DNA of 64,000 nucleotides, from assembly GCA_009781075.1 (NCBI GenBank), contig WQYU01000001.1:5373-69372 (forward strand). The letters run 5' to 3'. Each line of letters opens with the position of its first letter. Within the stretch, counting starts at the first letter, position 1. This DNA comes from Paludibacter sp. (GTDB lineage Bacteria; Bacteroidota; Bacteroidia; Bacteroidales; Paludibacteraceae). The position numbers and the translations under genes were made by a program. Shown here one piece after another: positions 19,499-26,196 of this stretch. The notes under the pieces are model-generated. The model did no database searches. It was not told the DNA's origin and saw only the letters and a program-made list of their open reading frames with translations.

Positions 19499-19737
19499 TG
19501 GATTCCCAAGCTTGGATAGTTTTGTACTGGTTTCTTCTTTATCGAATATCCGATATGACCACTTTGTTTATATTTGAGTAATGACATAAGTACTTTTTTG
19601 CAAAAATACAACTTATTTTTCTGATTAACAAATTGTTAATTTTTAGAAGTGCCCGCAAGTATTTTATATGCGTCATACTTTCTGACCATTAGACCGAATT
19701 TGACAATAAAAACAATAAAAATGCGTACTTTTGCCAA

Positions 19738-20553
19738 ATGAATTTATTTGAGGGAAAAATTTTGTTCCAATCGTTTGGTTCGGGCAGTAGCGGCAATTGT
19801 TATTTTGTTGGAAATCAGGAATATGGAATATTAATTGATGCAGGATTAAGTGCACGTGCCATACGCAAACATTTAAAAAATATTTCACTTGATATTAAAA
19901 ATATTAGTGCAATTTTTATCACACACGACCATGTTGACCATATTAAGGGCGTTTCTGCACTTGGAGAACATTTTTTGATTCCCGTTTTTGCAACTCCCGA
20001 AACGCATTTGGGTATTGAACTCAATTATTGCATTGCTCAAAAACTCGACCGCACCAAATGTTTTATTGACAAAGGCAAAAGTGTTGAAATAGAAGATTTT
20101 AAGATTACGGCTTTCCCCGTTAAGCACGATGCTACCGATAGTGTAGGTTTTTTTGTTGAATTTTGCGGAAAAACTTTTACTTTTGCAACAGACTTGGGCG
20201 AAATTGGAGATGATGCTGCAAAATATTTACAATCAGCAAATTATGTTATTTTAGAAGCAAATTATGATGAAAATATGCTGCGAAACGGAAATTACCCAAT
20301 TTCTTTGAAAAATCGTATAAGCGCTGCAACAGGACATTTGAGCAACGAGCAGGCAGCAATTTTTTTGTCGGATAAATTTTCAGAAAAATGGGAAAAAATT
20401 TTTCTTTGCCATTTGAGTAAAGAAAATAATACAAGAGAACTTGCAGTAGAAACTGTTGAAAATTTTTTATTAAAAAATAATAAATTGAAAGACAAAGAGA
20501 TAGAAATTGTTGCATTAACTCGCACTTTGCCCTCGAAATTATATTTTTTATAA
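19738..20553 (+). CDS. MBL-fold metallo-hydrolase
   Basis: ITHDHVDHIKG (HxHxDH) motif, 271 aa. Confidence 0.85.
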   Translation: MNLFEGKILFQSFGSGSSGNCYFVGNQEYGILIDAGLSARAIRKHLKNISLDIKNISAIFITHDHVDHIKGVSALGEHFLIPVFATPETHLGIELNYCIAQKLDRTKCFIDKGKSVEIEDFKITAFPVKHDATDSVGFFVEFCGKTFTFATDLGEIGDDAAKYLQSANYVILEANYDENMLRNGNYPISLKNRISAATGHLSNEQAAIFLSDKFSEKWEKIFLCHLSKENNTRELAVETVENFLLKNNKLKDKEIEIVALTRTLPSKLYFL

Positions 20554-20569
20554 TTTTAATTAATATTTT

Positions 20570-21307
20570 ATGGAAACAAAACTTGTAATCATTCCGACTT
20601 ATAACGAAAAGGAAAATATCGAAAATATTATACGTGCAGTCTTTGAATTACACGCTGATTTTCACGTACTTATAATTGACGATGGCTCGCCCGACGGTAC
20701 AGCAAACATCGTAAAAGATTTACAGACCGATTTTTCGGAATCACTGTTTTTGATTCAAAGGAACGGAAAACTTGGCTTGGGAACTGCCTACATTGCAGGT
20801 TTTAAATGGGGATTAGAACACGGCTATGAATATATTTTTGAGATGGATGCAGATTTTTCGCACAATCCTGCCGACTTGCCGCGACTTTACAATGCCTGTG
20901 CCATTGAAGGCGCTGACGTGGCGATTGGCTCGCGTTATGTGAGCGGTGTAAATGTTGTGAACTGGCCAATGGGGCGTGTACTAATGTCGTATTGTGCTTC
21001 AAAATATGTGCGTTTCATTTTGGGAATGAAAATTGCCGATACCACTGCCGGTTTCAAATGTTATCGCCGTAAAGTGCTTGAAACTATTAAGTTAGATAAA
21101 ATTATCTTCAAGGGATACGCTTTTCAGATAGAAATGAAATTTACTGCATATAAATGCGGTTTTATTCTCAAAGAAGTTCCTATAATATTTATTAACAGAG
21201 AATTAGGCGTTTCAAAAATGAGTGGTGGAATTTTTGGCGAAGCATTTTTAGGAATTATCAAACTCAAAATCGAGAGTTGGTTCAAAAAATTTCCTCAAAA
21301 GCAATAA
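20570..21307 (+). CDS. Polyprenol monophosphomannose synthase (GT2)
   Basis: IIPTYNEKENI, DDGSPDGT, EMDADFSH and TAGFKCYRR motifs. Confidence 0.87.
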   Translation: METKLVIIPTYNEKENIENIIRAVFELHADFHVLIIDDGSPDGTANIVKDLQTDFSESLFLIQRNGKLGLGTAYIAGFKWGLEHGYEYIFEMDADFSHNPADLPRLYNACAIEGADVAIGSRYVSGVNVVNWPMGRVLMSYCASKYVRFILGMKIADTTAGFKCYRRKVLETIKLDKIIFKGYAFQIEMKFTAYKCGFILKEVPIIFINRELGVSKMSGGIFGEAFLGIIKLKIESWFKKFPQKQ

Positions 21308-21375
21308 TATTTTATATAATTTGTTAAAAAATATAATGAATTAAAACCTTATTTTCACCTCATTTAAAACCTAAG

Positions 21376-21403
21376 TAACAAAACAACCTAAGTAACTGAA
21401 AAA
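21376..21403 (+). repeat. 28-nt direct repeat, copy A (taacaaaacaacctaagtaactgaaaaa)
   Basis: Identical to 24643-24670. It is embedded in a longer degenerate repeat with a tandem aacctaagtaa core. A related third copy lies at 41657-41706. Confidence 0.9.
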
Positions 21404-21495
21404 TAAACATATATAAACCTGATTACCTGATTTGAATGAAAATAGAATAATTTGTACACACATTTTGTTTTTAAGTAATCGAAAATAATTATAAT

Positions 21496-21622
21496 TTCTG
21501 GATTGCTTCGGCTATCGCCTCGCAATGACGTAAAAGGAGATTGCTTGTCTGATTTCTACAGCAATGACGATAAACAAGGTGAATTTACGTCATTACGAGG
21601 CGATAGCCGAAGCAATCCAGAA
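21496..21622. repeat. GC-rich REP-like long palindrome
   Basis: 37-nt arms ttctggattgcttcggctatcgcctcgcaatgacgta / tacgtcattacgaggcgatagccgaagcaatccagaa have 1 mismatch and are separated by a 53-nt spacer. Confidence 0.85.
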
Positions 21623-21719
21623 TAACAAACTTTAAACATTAATCATTACTACGGTTTTTTTTAACGTGGTACGTTCGGATAAGAATACAATTTTCTTTGC
21701 AAATTAATTAAAAAAACAT

Positions 21720-21727
21720 TACTTTTG
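21720..21727 (+). promoter_or_regulatory. -7 promoter box (TACTTTTG)
   Basis: TAnnTTTG match 22 nt upstream of the PIN gene ATG. Confidence 0.45.
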
Positions 21728-21748
21728 CATAGAATTAATTTATAAAAA

Positions 21749-22180
21749 ATGTATAAGGTTTATTTAGATAATTGCTGCTTTAATCGTCCTTATGATGACC
21801 AAACACAAGTCCGCATTGAGTTTGAAACACAATCAAAACTTTACATTCAGAGTTTGGTTATTCAAAATCGCATAGAACTTGTGTGGTCATATATTTTGAA
21901 ATACGAAAACAGTAAAAACATCTACGAATCGAAACGTCAAGCAATAGCGGAATGGGAAAAATTAAGCACGCATTTTGTCGGAAAATCAAACGAAATTGTA
22001 GAAACGGCAAAAGAAATTATGAATACAGGTATTAAAACATTTGATGCTCTTCACATTGCTTGCGCCATTCACGGAAATTGCGACTATTTTATTACCGTTG
22101 ATAAACAATTACTGAAATATAAAGACGAGCGAATAACAATTTGTAATCCCATAGAATTTTTTAACAACACAACAATATGA
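21749..22180 (+). CDS. PIN-domain nuclease (putative toxin)
   Basis: 143 aa. Acidic positions occur in YLDNCCF, FDALHIACA and ITVDKQL, which is the PIN pattern. Confidence 0.78.
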   Translation: MYKVYLDNCCFNRPYDDQTQVRIEFETQSKLYIQSLVIQNRIELVWSYILKYENSKNIYESKRQAIAEWEKLSTHFVGKSNEIVETAKEIMNTGIKTFDALHIACAIHGNCDYFITVDKQLLKYKDERITICNPIEFFNNTTI

Positions 22181-22419
22181 AAAATCACAATGCACTTTTT
22201 GACAAAGGCATACGCTGCCTTACCAAAGAATTAGGACTTTTAGGAGCCGAACAATTCGTGTTTTTGCTTTTGAGCCAAGCGTTTGATTATACCGAATGGC
22301 GCAAAGACAATTTATTTGTAGATATGAGCATTGATGAAATAAGCGATGCCGCCGATAAATATTGCAGTGAAAATATTGCAGAAAATCACACTGAAAATTT
22401 TAAGCAAATTAATGCTTGA
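22177..22419 (+). CDS. Hypothetical 80-aa protein, putative cognate antitoxin
   Basis: ATGA start/stop overlap with the PIN gene. The protein is small and has an acidic tail. I do not recognise the family. Confidence 0.55.
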   Translation: MKNHNALFDKGIRCLTKELGLLGAEQFVFLLLSQAFDYTEWRKDNLFVDMSIDEISDAADKYCSENIAENHTENFKQINA

Positions 22420-22448
22420 TTTATTACACTTCACATTTTCAAAAATTT

Positions 22449-22765
22449 GTCATTGCGGATTTATTCCACAATCGGTTGAAACAACAATCTGGATTGCTTC
22501 GCTATCGCTCGCAATGACGTACAAGGGAGATTGCTTCGCCGCCTACGGCGGCTCGCAATGACGATAAACAAGGTGAACATACGTCATTACAACGCCGCTA
22601 TTGCGGCGTGTCAACGGCGCACGCTTATATTAAAAAAAACCGTTCGTGTATAAAAACGGGGTGTTCGTGTATAAATTCGGGCTGTAAGCCCAATATAACC
22701 CAGCCCAATGACAATGCCCTGTGAAATTAAGAGCAGATTGCGGATTTAATCCGCAATGACGAAGA
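22449..22765. repeat. Cluster of GC-rich REP-like hairpin modules
   Basis: ctggattgcttcgctatcgctcgcaatgacgt... is a truncated copy of the 21496 palindrome. Other modules are cgccgc-tatt-gcggcg, the gggctgtaagccc... module (22678-27) and attgcggatt-taa-tccgcaat. Confidence 0.8.
22642..22683 (+). repeat. 21-bp tandem repeat, distal cluster (2 units)
   Basis: gttcgtgtataaaaacggggt followed by gttcgtgtataaattcgggct. Confidence 0.85.
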
Positions 22766-22815
22766 ATTATAACAAAATAATAAAATTCACGGACAAAAAA
22801 ATACCGAAAAAATCC

Positions 22816-22863
22816 GTTCGTGTATAAAATCGGGGTGTTCGTGTATAAAATCGGGGTGTTCGT
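22816..22863 (+). repeat. 21-bp tandem repeat, promoter-proximal cluster (2.3 units)
   Basis: gttcgtgtataaaatcggggt twice (identical), then gttcgt. The cluster ends 33 nt upstream of the -7 box. Confidence 0.9.
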
Positions 22864-22895
22864 AAAAAAGTTGAATAATCTGTATCTTGTGTTTA

Positions 22896-22903
22896 TATCT
22901 TTG
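22896..22903 (+). promoter_or_regulatory. -7 promoter box (TATCTTTG)
   Basis: TAnnTTTG match 47 nt upstream of the ATG at 22950. Confidence 0.45.
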
Positions 22904-22949
22904 CACTTTATTTTTTAATTATATTATAAACAATTTAAATTTTATCAAA

Positions 22950-24206
22950 ATGAAGAAATTTACATTATTTCTAACGGCTTTATGCTTTTCTGCCTTTATA
23001 AACAAAGCAAATGCACAAACGTGGAACATCGGCAGCCCAAATGCTACCGACGTAACCGCAACGCTTTCGGGTAGTAGCCCGAACTATACGCTCACCATTA
23101 GCGGTACAGGCGCTATGCAGGATTTTGAAACTCCACCTTGGTGGAGCATTAGAACCAAGATTACAACCCTTGTGATAAACACAGGGATTACAACTATTGG
23201 CAATTGGGCTTTTGATGATTGCAGCGGCTTAACAGGCACATTAACTATTCCTAATTCGGTTACTTCAATTGGAAATTGTGCTTTTGATGGTTGTTACGGC
23301 TTAACAGGCACATTAACTATTCCTAATTCGGTTACTGCGATAGGAAATTATGCTTTTTCTGGTTGCAGCGGCTTAACAGGTACATTAACTATTCCTAATT
23401 CGGTTATTACAATAGGAAATTCTGCTTTTTCTGGTTGCAGCGGCTTAACAGGTACATTAACTATTCCTAATTCGGTTACTACGATAGGAAAGTGGGTTTT
23501 TTATCATTGCAGCGGCTTAACAGGAACATTAACTATTCCTAATTCGGTTACTACAATAGGAGATGTTGCTTTTGCTGATTGCAGCGGCTTAACAGCAGTA
23601 ACTATCGGAAATTCGGTTACTACAATAGGAGATCAGGCTTTTCAGAGTTGCAGCGGCTTAACAGTAGTAACTATCGGAAATTCGGTTACTACGATAGGCA
23701 CTCTTGCTTTTATTTATTGCAGCAGCTTAACATCGGTAATAAATTTGAACAAATATCCTCAAAATATTACATCAGTTGTTTTTTATATTTTTGAAGAAGA
23801 TACTGATATTGGTTCTGCAACGCTTACTGTTCCTGCCTGCGCTTTAAATGATTATCGCAATGCTGCTGTGTGGAATACTTTTGGCACAATAATAGGCGAT
23901 GCAACTTTGCCTTGCGAAGGCACAAGTAATATTGCAACGGTTGAGGCAAACAATATCACACTTTATCCAAATCCTGTAAAAGACGAGTTACAGGTTACGA
24001 GTTACGAGTTACGAGTTACAGGATGGTGCGTTGTACAGCATTTTCAGCATAACAGGTCAGGCGCTTATGCAAGGCAAATTACAAGGCGAAACCACCACAA
24101 TCAACGTTTCATCATTGCCCAACGGCGTTTATTTTATCAAAGCAGGCAATATGGAAGGGAAGTTTGTAAAGGAATAATTAATTATCGTCATTACGAGGCT
24201 CCGTAG
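22950..24206 (+). CDS. BspA-type leucine-rich-repeat surface protein, C-terminally frameshifted relative to its T9SS sorting domain
   Basis: I start the gene at MKKFTLFLTALCFSAFINKANA (signal peptide). About 10 LRR units of roughly 23 aa follow (GLTGTLTIPNSVTxIGNxAFxGCS). After LYPNPVKDEL the current frame reads a basic nonsense tail, while the +1 frame encodes a CTD. Confidence 0.8.
   Translation: MKKFTLFLTALCFSAFINKANAQTWNIGSPNATDVTATLSGSSPNYTLTISGTGAMQDFETPPWWSIRTKITTLVINTGITTIGNWAFDDCSGLTGTLTIPNSVTSIGNCAFDGCYGLTGTLTIPNSVTAIGNYAFSGCSGLTGTLTIPNSVITIGNSAFSGCSGLTGTLTIPNSVTTIGKWVFYHCSGLTGTLTIPNSVTTIGDVAFADCSGLTAVTIGNSVTTIGDQAFQSCSGLTVVTIGNSVTTIGTLAFIYCSSLTSVINLNKYPQNITSVVFYIFEEDTDIGSATLTVPACALNDYRNAAVWNTFGTIIGDATLPCEGTSNIATVEANNITLYPNPVKDELQVTSYELRVTGWCVVQHFQHNRSGAYARQITRRNHHNQRFIIAQRRLFYQSRQYGREVCKGIINYRHYEAP
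23987..24021 (+). repeat. Heptanucleotide tandem repeat GTTACAG-(GTTACGA)x3-GTTACAG inside the coding sequence
   Basis: Read directly from the sequence. The unit length of 7 is not a multiple of 3. Confidence 0.95.
24022..24177 (+). other. T9SS C-terminal sorting domain segment, in the +1 frame relative to the upstream LRR ORF
   Basis: Translates to DGALYSIFSITGQALMQGKLQGETTTINVSSLPNGVYFIKAGNMEGKFVKE*, a typical Por/T9SS CTD ending. Confidence 0.8.
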
Positions 24207-24244
24207 GGGCAGGTTTTACACCTGCCCCTACAAAACCTGCCCCC

Positions 24245-24359
24245 TTTGCTGCCCCTCGTTTGCAACGATGGGGCTAATGGTATAGCGTTTTTAACGTATA
24301 ATATTTTATGTTAAAAACATAAAAACAAATTCCACTCGTTTGTAAACGAATGGAAACAA
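24245..24359 (+). repeat. 115-nt direct repeat, copy 1 (three hairpins)
   Basis: It differs from 24424-24538 by 6 substitutions, with an offset of exactly 179 nt. Confidence 0.92.
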
Positions 24360-24423
24360 TGGATTGCTTCGCCGCTATTGCGGCGTGATGTTTATAGCCG
24401 TGTGCGACAGCGCACGGCTATAT

Positions 24424-24538
24424 TTTGCTGCCCCTCGTTTGCAACGATGGGGCTAATTGTAGAACGTTTTTAACGTATAATATTTTATGTTAAAAACATA
24501 AAAACATATTCCACTCGTTTACAAACGAATGGAAACAA
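24424..24538 (+). repeat. 115-nt direct repeat, copy 2
   Basis: See copy 1. The third hairpin loop is AC here versus GT in copy 1. Confidence 0.92.
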
Positions 24539-24642
24539 AAAAAATGTATTTGCGGGCTGTAAGCCCAAGATAACCCAGCCCAATGGCAACGCCTTGGGAA
24601 ATAAAATTATGAATTTTGAATTATAAAAAACCTCATTTTTAT

Positions 24643-24670
24643 TAACAAAACAACCTAAGTAACTGAAAAA
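24643..24670 (+). repeat. 28-nt direct repeat, copy B
   Basis: Identical to 21376-21403. Confidence 0.9.
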
Positions 24671-24753
24671 CAACCTAAGTAAAATTTATGTACTAAAAAT
24701 TAATAATTTTGTGGTTTTAATATGAGTTTAATCTATATTTAATTAACAATATA

Positions 24754-26196
24754 ATGAGTCCACTGCTGATATTGTCCATAATTTTGATTTATTTCTGCCT
24801 GCTAATGTTTGTATCGTGGGCTGTCGGGCGAGGCAGCACGAACAACGAGGCATTTTTTCGCGCAAACAAAAACTCACTATGGTGGGTTGTGGGCATTGGA
24901 ATGGTCGGTTCGTCAATGTCGGGCGTGAGTTTTGTTTCCGTTCCGGGAATGGTGCGCCAATTGGATTTTACATATTTGCAGTTCGTCTTGGGGTTTTTCT
25001 TCGGTTATCTAATTGTGGCACAAATACTTTTACCAGTTTTTTATAAAAAAAATCTTACTTCAATTTACACATATTTAGGCGAAAGGTTTGGAAACTGTGC
25101 ATACAAAACAGGCGCTGTTTTTTTTATTACAGGAAAAATAATATCTTCTGCTGCAAAACTTTACATTGTCGCATTGATATTTCACAATTTTGTGTTTTCT
25201 CAATGGGGCTTCGCTTTCCCGCTGACAGTCACCATAACGGTACTTATGATTTATCTTTACACTTTTCGCAGCGGAATGAAATCAATAGTTTGGACAGACC
25301 TTGTGCAAACCGTAATAATGATTGTTACGCTGATTGTCATTACTATTATTGTATTACAAAAAATTAATTTGCCTTTTGCCGAAATTATCAGTAAAATGAT
25401 AACAAGTGAAAAAACGCGAATATTTGTTTTTGATGATTGGGTAAGCCGCCAAAATTTTGTAAAACAATTTTTTAGCGGAATTTTTATAGTTGTTGTGATG
25501 ACAGGGCTTGACCAAGACCAGATGCAAAAAAACCTAACCTGTAATAATTTACGCGATGCGCAAAAAAATATGCGATGGTATGGAGCGGCATTTTTACCTG
25601 TGAATTTGATGTTTTTAGTGTTGGGTTTTTTGCTTTTGTTTTTCGCTCAAGAAAATGAAATTTCATTGCAAAATATTATTTCTGATGATATTTTACCATT
25701 GATTGTAAAAAGTACTTTGGGAAATATTGCCCTTGTGATGTTTGTTGTCGGAATTTTTGCATCAGCACTCAACAGCGCCGACTCTGCTTTGACTTCACTT
25801 ACAACGTCCTTTTCTATTGATATTATGAATGTTACACAAAAAGACAAAGTCCGTTCCGAAAAAATTCGCCACATTGCACATATCGTTTTTTCAATTATTC
25901 TTATCGCAGTAGTTTTACTTTTTGGTTTTCTTAATAATAAAAGCGTAATAGATGCGTTATACACAATTGTTTCTTATACATACGGACCACTTTTGGGAAT
26001 GTATGCTTTCGGACTTTTTACAAAACGAAAAACAGCGGACAAAGCAATTCCACTGATAGCAATTGCTTCTCCTGTAATTTGTTTTCTTATTAATTTATTG
26101 ACTGTCAATATTTTTAATTATAAATTCGGTTACGAACTATTACTTTTGAATGGCTTGCTGACCTTTTTAGGAATGTATTCTTTAAAAAAGAAATGA
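24754..26196 (+). CDS. Sodium:solute symporter family transporter
   Basis: 480 aa, about 13 TM helices, SSF-like N-terminal pattern (FFRANKNSLWWVVGIGMVGSSMSGVSFVSVPG). Confidence 0.82.
   Translation: MSPLLILSIILIYFCLLMFVSWAVGRGSTNNEAFFRANKNSLWWVVGIGMVGSSMSGVSFVSVPGMVRQLDFTYLQFVLGFFFGYLIVAQILLPVFYKKNLTSIYTYLGERFGNCAYKTGAVFFITGKIISSAAKLYIVALIFHNFVFSQWGFAFPLTVTITVLMIYLYTFRSGMKSIVWTDLVQTVIMIVTLIVITIIVLQKINLPFAEIISKMITSEKTRIFVFDDWVSRQNFVKQFFSGIFIVVVMTGLDQDQMQKNLTCNNLRDAQKNMRWYGAAFLPVNLMFLVLGFLLLFFAQENEISLQNIISDDILPLIVKSTLGNIALVMFVVGIFASALNSADSALTSLTTSFSIDIMNVTQKDKVRSEKIRHIAHIVFSIILIAVVLLFGFLNNKSVIDALYTIVSYTYGPLLGMYAFGLFTKRKTADKAIPLIAIASPVICFLINLLTVNIFNYKFGYELLLLNGLLTFLGMYSLKKK

Larger units (their letters stand above)
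18686..19654 (-). mobile_element. IS5-family insertion sequence, internally deleted derivative
   Basis: 18-nt terminal inverted repeats ggggacttctaaaaatta / taatttttagaagtgccc match at 17/18. They enclose a truncated DDE transposase ORF. Confidence 0.68.
24185..24602. repeat. Repeat-rich intergenic mosaic (REP-like hairpins plus long direct repeats)
   Basis: gtaggggcaggt-tttac-acctgcccctac perfect hairpin (24203-24231), ggattgcttcgccgctattgcggcg, and atagccgtgtgcg-aca-gcgcacggctat. The gggctgtaagccc... module at 24553-24602 matches 22678-22727 at 45/50. Confidence 0.85.

Noticed and set aside
22346-22561. ORFs running through REP clusters (22346-22561 on the plus strand, 24485-24673 on the minus strand, and the C-terminal tail of 22887-24206)
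   Set aside because: Their translations (for example ...WIASLSLAMTYKGDCFAAYGGSQ and ...ALPLGWVILGLQPAN...) are the peptide artefacts produced by translating palindromic REP DNA.
23170-23760. Strong ~69-bp nucleotide periodicity
   Set aside because: It is explained by the 23-aa LRR units of the BspA-type protein. It is a coding repeat, not an independent element.
22642-24602. Possible CRISPR array, given the many short direct repeats
   Set aside because: There is no regular repeat-spacer periodicity. The 21-bp units are directly tandem without spacers, and the 115-nt copies are far too long. The repeats are of several unrelated kinds, and no cas genes are present in the window.
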